Notes under the pieces: generated by a model | What the model saw: only the letters and a program-made list of their open reading frames with translations | Databases searched by the model: none | Told to the model about the DNA's origin: nothing | Shown here: positions 22,042 through 32,588 of the stretch, one piece after another | Layout of the letters: the number at the start of each line of letters is the position of its first letter | Position numbering within the stretch: position 1 is the first letter of the stretch | From: Mesorhizobium amorphae | GTDB lineage: Bacteria; Pseudomonadota; Alphaproteobacteria; Rhizobiales; Rhizobiaceae | Reading direction: 5' to 3' | Length of the DNA stretch: 64,000 bases | Assembly: GCA_003240775.1 (NCBI GenBank) | Contig: QFNI01000019.1 | Span: forward strand, 671-64,670 | Position numbers and translations under genes: made by a program

Positions 22042-23292
22042 ATGCGTGGAATGATCGTGAAGGCGGCCGCTGCCGCCCTTCTGCTGTCGTCCGCCGGCAT
22101 GGCCGTCGCGCAGCAGCAGAACGTGGAAGTGCTGCACTGGTGGACGTCGGGTGGCGAGGCTGCCGCCCTTGACGTGCTCAAGCAGGATCTTGGCAAGGAG
22201 AACATCGGCTGGACCGACATGCCGGTCGCCGGCGGCGGCGGCACCGAGGCCATGACCGTGCTTCGCGCCCGCGTCACCGGCGGCAACGCGCCCACCGCCG
22301 TGCAGATGCTCGGTTTCGACATCCTCGACTGGGCCAAGGAAGGCTCGCTCGGCAACCTGAACGACGTGGCTTCCGCCGAAGGCTGGGACAAGGTGATCCC
22401 CACCGCCCTCCAGCAGTTCTCGAAATACGAGGGAAACTGGATCGCTGCGCCCGTCAACGTCCACTCCACCAACTGGGTTTGGATCAACAAGGCGGCCCTC
22501 GACAAGGCCGGCGGCAAGGAGCCCGCGAACTGGGACGAGTTCGTAGCACTGCTGGACAAGTTCAAGGAGCAGGGCATCACGCCGCTGGCGCATGGCGGCC
22601 AGCCCTGGCAGGACGCGACGATCTTCGACGCGGTCGTGCTCTCGCTCGGCAACGACGTCTACAAGAAGGCCTTCATCGACCTCGACCCGGCGACGCTCTC
22701 GGGCCCCCAGATGAAGGAAGCCTTCGACCGCATGACGAAGCTGCGTTCCTATGTGGACGACAACTTCTCGGGCCGCGACTGGAACCTGGCTTCCGCCATG
22801 GTGATCGAAGGCCAGGCCGGCGCGCAGCTGATGGGCGACTGGGCCAAGGGCGAGTTCATCAAGGCCGGCAAGAAGCCGGGCACCGACTTCGTCTGCATGC
22901 GCTTCCCCGGCACGCAGGGCTCGGTCACCTTCAACTCCGACCAGTTCGTGATGTTCAAGGTGGCCGCTGACAAGGAAGCGGCGCAGAAGGCGATGGCGGC
23001 AGCCATCGAGAGCCCCGAGTTCCAGTCGGCCTTCAACGTGGTCAAGGGCTCCGCCCCTGCCCGCACCGACGTGCCGGACACGGCGTTCGACGATTGCGGC
23101 AAGAAGGCCATCAAGGACTTGGCCGAAGCCAACACCGCCGGCACGCTGATGGGCTCCATGGCCCATGGCCACGCCAACCCGGCATCGGTCAAGAACGCGA
23201 TCTATGACGTGGTGACCCGCCAGTTCAACGGCGAGCTTTCCTCGGAGGAAGCCGTGACCGAGCTGGCCGCCGCCGTGGAAGCCGCGAAGTAA
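22042..23292 (+). CDS. Sugar ABC transporter substrate-binding protein (GtsA-like)
   Basis: Signal peptide, [10 protein letters not shown] and MGDWAKGE. Confidence 0.93.
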   Translation: MRGMIVKAAAAALLLSSAGMAVAQQQNVEVLHWWTSGGEAAALDVLKQDLGKENIGWTDMPVAGGGGTEAMTVLRARVTGGNAPTAVQMLGFDILDWAKEGSLGNLNDVASAEGWDKVIPTALQQFSKYEGNWIAAPVNVHSTNWVWINKAALDKAGGKEPANWDEFVALLDKFKEQGITPLAHGGQPWQDATIFDAVVLSLGNDVYKKAFIDLDPATLSGPQMKEAFDRMTKLRSYVDDNFSGRDWNLASAMVIEGQAGAQLMGDWAKGEFIKAGKKPGTDFVCMRFPGTQGSVTFNSDQFVMFKVAADKEAAQKAMAAAIESPEFQSAFNVVKGSAPARTDVPDTAFDDCGKKAIKDLAEANTAGTLMGSMAHGHANPASVKNAIYDVVTRQFNGELSSEEAVTELAAAVEAAK

Positions 23293-23309
23293 GCTTCGCC
23301 GCTCCGAAC

Positions 23310-23383
23310 TGCGCTGCCTCTCAAGCCCATCCATCGGGCACCCCTTCCCCGCGCAGGCGGGAAGGGGTCTGAGGGGCAGCGCA
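23310..23383. repeat. REP/RIME-like intergenic multi-hairpin element
   Basis: Outer stem TGCGCTGCCTCTCA/TGAGGGGCAGCGCA enclosing the hairpin CCCCTTCCC..GGGAAGGGG. Confidence 0.55.
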
Positions 23384-23411
23384 TCCCTTCCCCATCTCCA
23401 AGGCCCCGCCC

Positions 23412-24350
23412 ATGAGCGCCCAAGGCAACGCCGCAGTGCCCGTCGCCATCGCCGCCGAACGCGCCGCGCCGCAAAGCCGCGTGCGTTTCGAAGACTGGCT
23501 CCCCAAGCTCGTGCTCGCACCGAGCTTCGCCATCGTGCTCGTCTTCGTCTACGGCTTCATCCTGTTCACGGGCTACCTGTCCTTCACCGACAGCCGCATG
23601 CTGCCCTCCTTCGGTTGGGTGGGCTTCGCGAATTACGAGCGCCTTTGGGCACTGCCGCACTGGTGGCGCGCGGTGTCGAACCTCGCGATCTTCGCCTCGC
23701 TCTACATCGTGATCTGCTCGGTGCTGGGCCTGGGTCTCGCCATCCTGCTCGACCAGAAGATCCGCGGCGAGGGTTTCCTCAGGCCGATCTATCTCTACCC
23801 GATGGCGCTGTCCTTCATCGTCACGGGCACTGCGTGGAAGTGGTTCCTCGACCCCGGCATCGGCTTGCAGAACACGATGCAGCTCTGGGGCTGGGAAAGC
23901 TTCACCTTCACCTGGATCAAGGACCGCAACTACGCGATCTACTGCCTCGTGATCGCGGCCGTATGGCAGTCCACCGGCTTCGTGATGGCGATGTTTTTGG
24001 CGGGCCTGCGCGGCGTCGACGGCGAGATCGTCAAGGCTGCGCAGATCGACGGCGCCTCGAACGTCACGATCTACCGCCGCATCATCATCCCCTTGATGCG
24101 CCCGGTCTTCCTGTCGGCCTTCGTGGTGCTCGCGCACCTGGCCATCAAGGCCTATGACCTCGTGGTGGCGCTGACCGGCGGCGGTCCCGGCCAGGCGACC
24201 GAACTGCCCGCCACCTTCATGTATTCCTACACCTTCACCCGCAACCAGATGGGCGTCGGCGCCTCCTCGGCCATCATCATGCTGGTGATGATCTTCTCGA
24301 TCATCGTGCCCTACCTCTATTCCGAGCTGCGCGGAGCCAAACGTCGATGA
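23412..24350 (+). CDS. Sugar ABC transporter permease
   Basis: Hydrophobic helices and EAA-like loop KAAQIDGA. Confidence 0.93.
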   Translation: MSAQGNAAVPVAIAAERAAPQSRVRFEDWLPKLVLAPSFAIVLVFVYGFILFTGYLSFTDSRMLPSFGWVGFANYERLWALPHWWRAVSNLAIFASLYIVICSVLGLGLAILLDQKIRGEGFLRPIYLYPMALSFIVTGTAWKWFLDPGIGLQNTMQLWGWESFTFTWIKDRNYAIYCLVIAAVWQSTGFVMAMFLAGLRGVDGEIVKAAQIDGASNVTIYRRIIIPLMRPVFLSAFVVLAHLAIKAYDLVVALTGGGPGQATELPATFMYSYTFTRNQMGVGASSAIIMLVMIFSIIVPYLYSELRGAKRR

Positions 24351-25228
24351 GCCGTGCAGCCACAGAGAACCCCGTCACCCACAACCTGTTGACCCGCGCG
24401 CTCATCTATTCCGCGCTGATCCTGTTTGCGATCTACTCGCTTCTGCCGCTCTACGTGATGCTGGTGAACTCGTTGAAGCCGCTCGACGAGATCCGCCAGG
24501 GCGGCATGCTCAATCTGCCGCAGACCTGGACGCTGGCGCCCTGGGCGGCGGCATGGTCGACCGCGCAGATCGGCGTGGAGGCCACGGGCCTGCGGCCCTT
24601 CTTCATCAACTCGATCCTGATGGTGGTGCCCGCCGTCGCCATCTCCACCGTGCTCGGCGCGCTCAACGGCTACGTGCTGACCAAGTGGCGCTTCCGGGGC
24701 GACGGCATCGTCTTCGGGATGCTGCTGCTGTCCTGCTTCATCCCCTTCCAGATCGTGCTGATCCCCATGGCGCGGATGCTCGGCCTGTTCGGCCTGTCGG
24801 GCTCCATTCCCGGCCTGGTGATGGTGCACGTGATCTACGGCCTGGGCTTCACCACGCTCTACTTCCGCAACTACTACGAGGCCTTCCCGACCGAGCTCGT
24901 GCGCGCGGCCCAGATCGACGGCGCGGGCTTCTTCCAGATCTTCCGCCGCATCCTGCTGCCCTCCTCGGGGCCGATCATCGTGGTGTCGGTGATCTGGCAG
25001 TTCACGAACATCTGGAACGACTTCCTGTTCGGCGCATCCTTTTCGGGCGCCTACTCCACGCCAATGACGGTTGCGCTCAACAACCTCGTGCAGTCCTCCA
25101 CGGGCGTGAAGGAATACAACGTGCATTTCGCGGGCGCGATCCTCGCCGCCCTCCCAACCCTGATCGTCTACGTCGTGTCCGGCCGCTATTTCGTGCGTGG
25201 GCTGATGTCGGGCGCGGTGAAAGGCTGA
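24347..25228 (+). CDS. Sugar ABC transporter permease
   Basis: RAAQIDGA and WNDFL. Confidence 0.93.
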   Translation: MSRAATENPVTHNLLTRALIYSALILFAIYSLLPLYVMLVNSLKPLDEIRQGGMLNLPQTWTLAPWAAAWSTAQIGVEATGLRPFFINSILMVVPAVAISTVLGALNGYVLTKWRFRGDGIVFGMLLLSCFIPFQIVLIPMARMLGLFGLSGSIPGLVMVHVIYGLGFTTLYFRNYYEAFPTELVRAAQIDGAGFFQIFRRILLPSSGPIIVVSVIWQFTNIWNDFLFGASFSGAYSTPMTVALNNLVQSSTGVKEYNVHFAGAILAALPTLIVYVVSGRYFVRGLMSGAVKG

Positions 25229-25233
25229 TCCCG

Positions 25234-26343
25234 ATGGCGTTTCTCGAAATCGCGCAGCTGCGCAAATCCTACGGCTCGGTCGAGATCCTCAAGGACATCA
25301 ACATCGAAATCGAGCGCGGCGGCTTCCTGGTGCTGGTCGGCCCGTCCGGCTGCGGCAAGTCCACGCTGCTCAACTGCATCGCGGGGCTCGAGCCGATCAC
25401 GTCAGGCGACATCGCCATCAACGGCAACTCGGTGGCGGGGCTGCACCCCTCCAAGCGCGACATCGCGATGGTGTTCCAGTCCTACGCGCTCTACCCCAAC
25501 ATGACGGTGGCGGGAAACATCGCCTTCGGCATGGAAATCCGCGGCGTGCCCAAGGAAGAGCGCGAGAAGGCCATCAAGCGCGTGGCCGACACGCTCCAGA
25601 TCGGCCACCTGCTCGACCGCAAGCCTTCCCAGCTTTCCGGCGGCCAGCGCCAGCGTGTCGCCATGGGCCGGGCGCTTGTGCGCGATCCGCAGGTGTTCCT
25701 GTTCGACGAGCCCCTGTCCAACCTCGACGCCAAGCTGCGCGTGGACATGCGCACCGAGATCAAGCGCCTGCATCAGCGCATGAAGACCACCATCGTCTAC
25801 GTCACCCACGACCAGATCGAGGCGATGACGCTGGCGACCAAGATCGCGGTTCTGAAGGACGGCGTGCTCCAGCAGTTCGGCACGCCGGCCGAGATCTACA
25901 ACAACCCCTCCAACATGTTCGTGGCCGACTTCATGGGCTCGCCCGCCATGAACCTGCTTTCCGCGCGGGTGGAAGGCGCGGGCAACGGCCTGGCCGTGTC
26001 GCTCGATCGCCCAGGCGCCGAGCCGCTCAAGCTGCCGGTCTCGGCCGAGGCCCTCGGCGCCTATGCCGGCCGCGACATCGTGTTCGGCATCCGCCCGGAA
26101 GCCTTGACCGATCCGGACGGCGCCGACCGCAACGCACGCGCGCTCGCCGAAGGCGATTGCCTGATCGAGGTGGTCGAGCCCGCGGGCTCCGACACTTTCG
26201 CCGTCACCAAGCTCGGCGGCAAGGAAGTGGTGGCGCGGCTTCGTGCCGACGCCCGGCTCGCGCCCGGCCAGGTCTCGCGGCTCGCCTTCAACCTCGACAA
26301 GGCGGTGTTCTTCGATCCCGCAACCCAAGCCCGGATCGCCTGA
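25234..26343 (+). CDS. Sugar ABC transporter ATP-binding protein (MalK-like)
   Basis: [16 protein letters not shown] and FDEPLSNLD. Confidence 0.95.
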   Translation: MAFLEIAQLRKSYGSVEILKDINIEIERGGFLVLVGPSGCGKSTLLNCIAGLEPITSGDIAINGNSVAGLHPSKRDIAMVFQSYALYPNMTVAGNIAFGMEIRGVPKEEREKAIKRVADTLQIGHLLDRKPSQLSGGQRQRVAMGRALVRDPQVFLFDEPLSNLDAKLRVDMRTEIKRLHQRMKTTIVYVTHDQIEAMTLATKIAVLKDGVLQQFGTPAEIYNNPSNMFVADFMGSPAMNLLSARVEGAGNGLAVSLDRPGAEPLKLPVSAEALGAYAGRDIVFGIRPEALTDPDGADRNARALAEGDCLIEVVEPAGSDTFAVTKLGGKEVVARLRADARLAPGQVSRLAFNLDKAVFFDPATQARIA

Positions 26344-26349
26344 GCCTCC

Positions 26350-27855
26350 ATGTCCTCCCCCGATGTCGTGATCATCGGCTCCGGCATCGGCGGAGCCACG
26401 ATGGCAGCCGGCCTGGCAGAAACGGGCGCGGAGATCCTGATCCTGGAAGCCGGCGAGCGGCTGCCCGACATCCCGGAGAACCGCGACCCCCGCGCCATCT
26501 TCCAACGCGGCCATTTCCGGCCGAAGGAGTTCTGGCACGAGGCGGGCGGCGGGCCGTTCAACCCCGGCAACTATTACAATGTCGGCGGCAATTCGAAATT
26601 TTACGGCGCAGTGCTCGCCCGCTACCGGCGCGAGGACTTCGAGGAGCTGCCGCACCAGGAAGGCGTGTCGCCGGCCTGGCCTTTTCGGTACGAGGAGTTG
26701 GAGCCCTGGTATTCGGAGGCGGAGCAGATCTTCGCCGTGCGCGGAAGCGCGGGCGAGGACCCGACCGAGCCGCACCACTCGCAGCCCTACCCTTTCGCAC
26801 CCGTGCCCGACGAGCCGCCCATCGCCCAGGTGCGCGCCCGCATGAAGGCCTTGGGTGTCCACCCTTTTTCCTTGCCGCTCGGCGTGGACATCGAGCGGTG
26901 GCTCAATAAGGGCAAGACGCCCTGGGACGCGCATCCGAATGCCGACGACGGCAAGATGGATGCGGAAACAGCCTCGCTCGCGCGCGCGCTCAAGCACGCG
27001 AATGTCCGGCTCCAGACGGGATCGCGCGTGACGCGCCTGGAAGCGGCACCCGACGGCTCGTGCATCGAACGGGTGCATTACACGCGAAACGGCGAGACGC
27101 ACACGATTTGCCCGCGGCTCGTGGTGCTGTCGGCGGGCGCGGTGCAATCGGCGGTGCTGCTTCTGCGCTCGGCTGATGCGAAGAACGCGTCCGGGCTAGC
27201 CAACCGCTCCGACCAGGTCGGCCGCAACTTCATGAACCACAACCTGAGTGCCGTGATCGGCATCTCGCCGCGCTATCGCAACGACTCCGTTTATCAGAAG
27301 ACCTTCGGCTTCAACGATTTCTACCTGTCGGACGGCGAAGGCGGCCCGCCGCTCGGCAATGTGCAGCTGCTCGGCCGCGTGTCCGGCGCCATTCTGAAAT
27401 CCGACCTGCCGCGCATGCCCGAATGGCTGCTCGACCGGCTTTCGCGCCACTCGATCGACTTCCTCGCGATGAGCGAGGACGTGCCCAATCCCGAAAGCCG
27501 CGTGACCGTGGACGGCGACCGCATCGTGCTCGCCTGGGCGCGCACCAACTGGGGCGCACATCTGCGGCTCGTGGCGAAGCTCAAGCAGTTGCTCAAGCGC
27601 GCGGGCTTCCCGCTGGTGGTGAACCAGGCCTTCGACAAGCGCACGCCCTCGCACCAGTGCGGCACAGTGAAGATGGGAACCGATGGAGCGAGCGCGCCGC
27701 TCGACGTGTTCTGCCGGGCGTTCGACCATCCCAACCTCTTCGTGGTGGATGCAGGCTTCCTGCCGACTTCGGCTGCAGTGAACCCATCGCTGACCATCGC
27801 AGCCCAGGCGCTGCGGGTGGCCGAGCATGTGGCCAAGGGAGAGCTTGCGCGATGA
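26350..27855 (+). CDS. GMC-family FAD oxidoreductase
   Basis: IGSGIGG, VGGNSKFY, VGRNFMNH, SHQCGT and AVNPSLT. Confidence 0.9.
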   Translation: MSSPDVVIIGSGIGGATMAAGLAETGAEILILEAGERLPDIPENRDPRAIFQRGHFRPKEFWHEAGGGPFNPGNYYNVGGNSKFYGAVLARYRREDFEELPHQEGVSPAWPFRYEELEPWYSEAEQIFAVRGSAGEDPTEPHHSQPYPFAPVPDEPPIAQVRARMKALGVHPFSLPLGVDIERWLNKGKTPWDAHPNADDGKMDAETASLARALKHANVRLQTGSRVTRLEAAPDGSCIERVHYTRNGETHTICPRLVVLSAGAVQSAVLLLRSADAKNASGLANRSDQVGRNFMNHNLSAVIGISPRYRNDSVYQKTFGFNDFYLSDGEGGPPLGNVQLLGRVSGAILKSDLPRMPEWLLDRLSRHSIDFLAMSEDVPNPESRVTVDGDRIVLAWARTNWGAHLRLVAKLKQLLKRAGFPLVVNQAFDKRTPSHQCGTVKMGTDGASAPLDVFCRAFDHPNLFVVDAGFLPTSAAVNPSLTIAAQALRVAEHVAKGELAR

Positions 27856-28583
27856 CGCTCGCCCTCGTCACCGGCGGCAATTCCGGCATCGGCCTTTCCT
27901 GTGCCGCGCATCTGGCGGCAGCCGGGTTCGACATCCTGGTGGCCGACCTCGCATCGGCGCCTTCGCCAGCGCTCAAGGCGGCTGTCCCGACAGCTCTCAC
28001 CTACCACCAGACCGACATCGGCGATCTCGCATCCCATGCCGGCCTTGTCGCGGCGGCCCCCTCGCCCATCGCCTGCCTCGTCAACAATGCCGGCATCGGC
28101 GCGCCCGTTCGTGGCGATCTCCTCGATCTGCGCCCGGAGAATTTCGACCGCGTGATCGACGTCAACCTTCGCGGCACGGTGTTCCTGTCCCAGGCGGTGG
28201 CGCGCGCGATGGTGGGCGCAAGCGGGCCGCGTTCGATCATCACGATCACCTCCGTCAGCGCCGAGCTCGCCTCGCCCGAACGCGCCGACTATTGCGTGTC
28301 GAAAGCCGCCCTTTCCATGTGGGTGAAGAACCTGGCCCTTCGCTTAGCGCCCGAGACCATCGGCGTGTTCGAGCTGCGCCCCGGCATCATCCGCACCGGC
28401 ATGACGGCGGGTGTGTCCGAGAAATACGACCGCCTGATCGAGGGCGGGCTGGTGCCCGCCGGCCGCTGGGGCGAGCCCGACGACATCGGCCGCATCGCGG
28501 CATCGCTCGCCACCGGGCAGTTCGGCTTTGCCACGGGCTCCGTGATCCACGCCGATGGCGGGCTCTCGGTCGGCAGACTCTGA
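27852..28583 (+). CDS. SDR-family oxidoreductase
   Basis: TGGNSGIG, NNAG and YCVSK. Confidence 0.92.
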   Translation: MTLALVTGGNSGIGLSCAAHLAAAGFDILVADLASAPSPALKAAVPTALTYHQTDIGDLASHAGLVAAAPSPIACLVNNAGIGAPVRGDLLDLRPENFDRVIDVNLRGTVFLSQAVARAMVGASGPRSIITITSVSAELASPERADYCVSKAALSMWVKNLALRLAPETIGVFELRPGIIRTGMTAGVSEKYDRLIEGGLVPAGRWGEPDDIGRIAASLATGQFGFATGSVIHADGGLSVGRL

Positions 28584-28596
28584 GAAGAAGACGATC

Positions 28597-30252
28597 ATGG
28601 CACGACAGGCCTTCGACTACATCATTACGGGCGCCGGCCCCGCCGGCTGCGTGCTCGCCCACCGCTTGTCGGAAGACCCGAGCGTTTCCGTGCTGCTTCT
28701 GGAAGCGGGCGGGTCCGACAGGCATCCGCTCTTCCACATGCCCGCAGGCTTCGCCACGATGACCAAGGGCGTGGCGAGTTGGGGCTGGGAGACGGTGCCC
28801 CAGAAGCACATGAAGAACCGGGTGTTGCGCTACACCCAGGCCAAGGTGGTGGGCGGCGGCTCCTCCATCAACGCCCAGCTCTACACGCGCGGCAATGCGG
28901 CGGACTACGATCTCTGGGCATCCGAAGACGGCTGCACCGGTTGGAGCTACCGGGACGTGCTGCCCTATTTCAAGCGCGCCGAGGACAACCAGCGCTTCGC
29001 TGATGACTACCACGCCTATGGCGGGCCGCTCGGCGTTTCCATGCCGGTTTCCGCCCTCCCCATCTGCGACGCCTATATCCGCGCCGGCCAGGAACTCGGC
29101 ATTCCCTACAACCACGATTTCAACGGCGCGAAGCAGGGGGGCGTTGGCTTCTACCAGCTCACCCAGCGTGACCGCCGCCGCTCCTCGGCTGCGATGGCCT
29201 ACATCAAACCGATCCAGGACCGGAAGAACCTTTCCGTGCGGCTGGGTGCTCCCGTGCGGACTGTCGATCTCGAAGGCCGCCGCGCGGTGGGCGTGACGCT
29301 GATGAGTGGCGAAACCATCCGCGCGGGCCGCGAGGTGATCGTCTCATCGGGCGCCATCGGCTCGCCCAAGCTGCTCTTGCAATCGGGCATCGGCCCGGCG
29401 GATCACTTGAAGAGCGTCGGCGTGTCTGTGCGCCACGACCTGCCCGGCGTGGGCGAGAACATGCAGGATCACCTCGACCTCTTCGTGATCTGCGAATGCA
29501 CGGGCGACCACACCTATGACGGCGTGACCAAGCTCCACCGCACGCTGTGGGCGGGGCTGCAATATGTGCTCTTCCGCTCCGGCCCCGTCGCCTCCTCGCT
29601 CTTCGAGACCGGCGGTTTCTGGTATGCCGACCCGGACGCGCGCTCGCCCGACATCCAGTTTCACCTGGGCCTGGGCTCGGGCATCGAGGCGGGTGTGGAG
29701 CGGCTCAAGAATGCGGGCGTGACGCTCAATTCCGCCTATCTCCACCCCCGCTCGCGCGGCACGGTGCGCCTTGCATCGTCGGACCCCGCAGCAGCGCCGC
29801 TGATCGACCCCAATTACTGGTCCGACCCGCACGACCGCGCGATGTCGCTCGAAGGCCTGCGGCTCGCGCGCGAGATCATGAGCCAGCCGGCGCTCGCGCC
29901 CTACGTTCTGGCCGAGCGCCTTCCGGGACCGAAGGTGAACACGGAAGAAGAGCTCTTCGAATATGGCTGCCGCAACGCCAAGACCGATCACCACCCCGTA
30001 GGCACCTGCCGGATGGGCTCGGACGTGGGCTCGGTGGTCGATCTCGAACTGCGGGTGCGCGGGCTCGAGAACCTGCGCGTCTGCGATTCCTCGGTGCTGC
30101 CCCGCGTGCCTTCCTGCAACACGAACGCGCCGACCATCATGGCGGGCGAAAAAGGCGCCGACATCATCCGCGGCCTGCCCCCGCTACCGGCCGCGGTGTT
30201 CACCTATGAGCGCAACGACCAGCGCCCGAGGGCACGCGCGGATGTGCGGTAG
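28597..30252 (+). CDS. GMC oxidoreductase (choline/L-sorbose dehydrogenase-like)
   Basis: GAGPAG, GGGSSINA, GENMQDH, HHPVGTC and NTNAP. Confidence 0.9.
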   Translation: MARQAFDYIITGAGPAGCVLAHRLSEDPSVSVLLLEAGGSDRHPLFHMPAGFATMTKGVASWGWETVPQKHMKNRVLRYTQAKVVGGGSSINAQLYTRGNAADYDLWASEDGCTGWSYRDVLPYFKRAEDNQRFADDYHAYGGPLGVSMPVSALPICDAYIRAGQELGIPYNHDFNGAKQGGVGFYQLTQRDRRRSSAAMAYIKPIQDRKNLSVRLGAPVRTVDLEGRRAVGVTLMSGETIRAGREVIVSSGAIGSPKLLLQSGIGPADHLKSVGVSVRHDLPGVGENMQDHLDLFVICECTGDHTYDGVTKLHRTLWAGLQYVLFRSGPVASSLFETGGFWYADPDARSPDIQFHLGLGSGIEAGVERLKNAGVTLNSAYLHPRSRGTVRLASSDPAAAPLIDPNYWSDPHDRAMSLEGLRLAREIMSQPALAPYVLAERLPGPKVNTEEELFEYGCRNAKTDHHPVGTCRMGSDVGSVVDLELRVRGLENLRVCDSSVLPRVPSCNTNAPTIMAGEKGADIIRGLPPLPAAVFTYERNDQRPRARADVR

Positions 30253-30290
30253 GACGCTCCCGCGCTGATCGAATTCGAGGAAGAGTTTCC

Positions 30291-30599
30291 ATGATCCGCC
30301 ACTGCGTCTTCATCCGCTTCCGCTCCGACGTGTCGCGCGCAGAGCGCGACAACGTGCTTGCGGGGATCGCCGCACTCCAGTCCACCATCACCGGCATCGA
30401 GGCCATCCATCTCGGGCAGAACGCCAGCCCCGAGGGCATGGATCGCGGCTTTTCCGAAGGCTTCACCGTGGATTTCTCGGATGAGGCCGCGCGCGACGGC
30501 TATCTCACCGATGCTGGGCATGCGGCGGCAGGCAAGCGCATCGTGGATGCGGCCGAGGGCGGGATCGACGGCATCCTGGTGTTCGACCTCGCTATCTAA
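30291..30599 (+). CDS. Dabb (stress-responsive A/B barrel) protein
   Basis: MIRHCVF..SPEGMDRGF..F..RDGYL..H pattern. Confidence 0.85.
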   Translation: MIRHCVFIRFRSDVSRAERDNVLAGIAALQSTITGIEAIHLGQNASPEGMDRGFSEGFTVDFSDEAARDGYLTDAGHAAAGKRIVDAAEGGIDGILVFDLAI

Positions 30600-31216
30600 G
30601 AGGCGAGTCCGTTCCGCGCGGCCAGGCCGTCGCAGAACGCTTCGACGATGAAGGTGATCTCCGCCTCCACCGCCTCATCGGCCACGGCCATGAAGCGGCG
30701 CTGCTCGGCCAGGCTGACGATGCCATGCACGGCAGAGAAAAGCCCGCGCGCATGATGTTCGAGGATCGTCTCCTCGGCACCCGGCAGCAAGGGACGCAGC
30801 GCGCCGGCGATCAGCCGGAGTAGGCGCAGATGCTCGTCCATCGGCGCCTGCGCGCCGTTGCCCTGCCGGAAGCCCAGTTCGAAGATGGCCGACCAGAGCA
30901 GCGGGTTCGCGCGCACGAAGCCCGCATAGGTCGTGCCCAAGGCAACGAGCGCGGTCTTCGGATTGCGGTCGGGCAGGCTCGCGAAGCGCTCGGCCACGGC
31001 CTCTTCCAGCCGGCGCAGGGTCCGCGCGTTGATGAGGGCGGCCAGCGCGTCGAGATCGGCGAAGTGGGTGTAGATGGCGCCCAGCGCACAGCCCGCGCGC
31101 GCGGCGAGTTCGCGCGCCTTGAGCGCACCGAGCCCTTGCGCCGCGACCAGCCCCTCGCCTTCCGCGATCAGCACCTGCCGCAAGGCTTCGCGGCGCGCTT
31201 CAATCTTTGCCGACAT
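30596..31216 (-). CDS. TetR-family regulator (WHG-type C-terminus)
   Basis: ARELAARAGCALGAIYTHF and LFSAVHG. Confidence 0.9.
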   Translation of the reverse strand: MSAKIEARREALRQVLIAEGEGLVAAQGLGALKARELAARAGCALGAIYTHFADLDALAALINARTLRRLEEAVAERFASLPDRNPKTALVALGTTYAGFVRANPLLWSAIFELGFRQGNGAQAPMDEHLRLLRLIAGALRPLLPGAEETILEHHARGLFSAVHGIVSLAEQRRFMAVADEAVEAEITFIVEAFCDGLAARNGLAS

Positions 31217-31234
31217 AACAGGCTCCCTACAAAA

Positions 31235-31270
31235 TGAACGTCGTTCAAAATACTTCTTGAACAACGTTCA
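31235..31270. promoter_or_regulatory. Two TGAAC-N3-GTTCA operators between the divergent TetR and lipid genes
   Basis: TGAACGTCGTTCA (31235-31247) and TGAACAACGTTCA (31258-31270). Confidence 0.7.
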
Positions 31271-31326
31271 TTCATGATGTAGCCATTGCGTCAGGGAATG
31301 TCCACAAGGGGACAGGAGGAACGCGA

Positions 31327-31926
31327 ATGGCGACGCTTTACGATCTCAAGCCAGCTTTCCAGAGACTGCTGCGACCGGGCGTCGCCAGGCTCGCCCGCGC
31401 CGGCGTCACCGCAAACCAGGTCACGCTCTTTGCCGCCGCAATCTCGGTCGGCCTGGGCGCAATCCTGTGCGCCATGCCCGACCGTCGCGGCCTCTTCCTT
31501 CTCCTGCCCCTGCTTCTCTTCATCCGCATGGCGCTCAATGCCGTCGACGGAATGCTGGCGCGCGAGCATGGCCAGGCTTCCAAGCTTGGGCTTTACCTGA
31601 ACGAGCTGTCCGATCTCGTTTCCGACGCGGCCCTCGCCCTGCCCTTCCTGTTCGTCGCACCATTCGCACCCTGGGGCGTGCTGCTCTTCATCGCCGTCGC
31701 CTGGCTTGCCGAGGTGGCGGGAATGCTGGGCACGGCGGCAGGCGTCGGACGCTCCTATGCGGGGCCTTTCGGCAAGAGCGACCGGGCAGCCGCGCTCGGC
31801 GCGCTCGGGCTTCTGGTCGGCCTTACCTCCACCCTGCCCGGTTGGCTCGCGATCGTCTTTCCCGTTCTGACGGCGCTTGCGCTTCTCACCCTCGTCAACC
31901 GCATCCGTTTGGGAGCGCGCTCGTGA
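31327..31926 (+). CDS. CDP-alcohol phosphatidyltransferase family protein (YnbA-like)
   Basis: TANQVT, DGMLAR..G..LNELSD and GPFGKSDR. Confidence 0.88.
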   Translation: MATLYDLKPAFQRLLRPGVARLARAGVTANQVTLFAAAISVGLGAILCAMPDRRGLFLLLPLLLFIRMALNAVDGMLAREHGQASKLGLYLNELSDLVSDAALALPFLFVAPFAPWGVLLFIAVAWLAEVAGMLGTAAGVGRSYAGPFGKSDRAAALGALGLLVGLTSTLPGWLAIVFPVLTALALLTLVNRIRLGARS

Positions 31927-32588
31927 ACCCCTCGAACCTCTTCAAGCGCTGCGTGCGCCGGGCGGCAGCGACGCTCTTCAACGGCTTCGCACGGGTCGTC
32001 ACGGGCGTGCGCCCGATCTGGCTGGGCGCCTCGCCCTCCTCGAGCGGCCAGCGCATCTACTTCGCCAACCATGCGAGCCACGGCGACTTCATCCTGCTTT
32101 CGGCCTGCCTGCCGCCCGAAGAGCGCGAGCGCACCCGCGCGGTGGCAGCCGCCGACTACTGGGGCAAATCCTGGCTGCGCCGCCTGATCGCCGAAGACAT
32201 GCTGCGGTCCGTGCTCGTCGAGCGCAACATGGCCGAGCGCACGGGCGACCCGCTGGCCGGCATGGTTTCGGTGTTGGATGCCGGGCACTCGCTGATCCTG
32301 TTTCCCGAGGGCACGCGCAACACGGCCCCCGAGCGAGGCCTCCTGCCTTTTCGCTCGGGCCTCTACAACCTCGCGATGCGCCGGCCCGACGTGGAACTCG
32401 TGCCCTGCTTCATCGAGAACATGAGCCGCGTGCTGCCCAAGGGCGAGTTCCTGCCCGTGCCGCTGCTCTGCCGCGTGGTGTTCGGCACCCCGCTTCGGCC
32501 CGAGGCGGGCGAGGAACGCCGTGCCTTTCTCGACCGCGCGCAAGGCGCGCTCGCAGCCCTCGACCCCCGCAAGGAGATCGCCGCATGA
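31923..32588 (+). CDS. Lysophospholipid acyltransferase (PlsC family)
   Basis: NHASHGD and FPEGTR; GTG start overlapping the previous stop. Confidence 0.9.
   Translation: MNPSNLFKRCVRRAAATLFNGFARVVTGVRPIWLGASPSSSGQRIYFANHASHGDFILLSACLPPEERERTRAVAAADYWGKSWLRRLIAEDMLRSVLVERNMAERTGDPLAGMVSVLDAGHSLILFPEGTRNTAPERGLLPFRSGLYNLAMRRPDVELVPCFIENMSRVLPKGEFLPVPLLCRVVFGTPLRPEAGEERRAFLDRAQGALAALDPRKEIAA

Noticed and set aside
19422..22652. Long antisense and alternative-frame ORFs (for example 1076 aa here, 52769-55705+, 3041-4915+)
   Set aside because: Shadow ORFs of high-GC coding genes, with no family motifs
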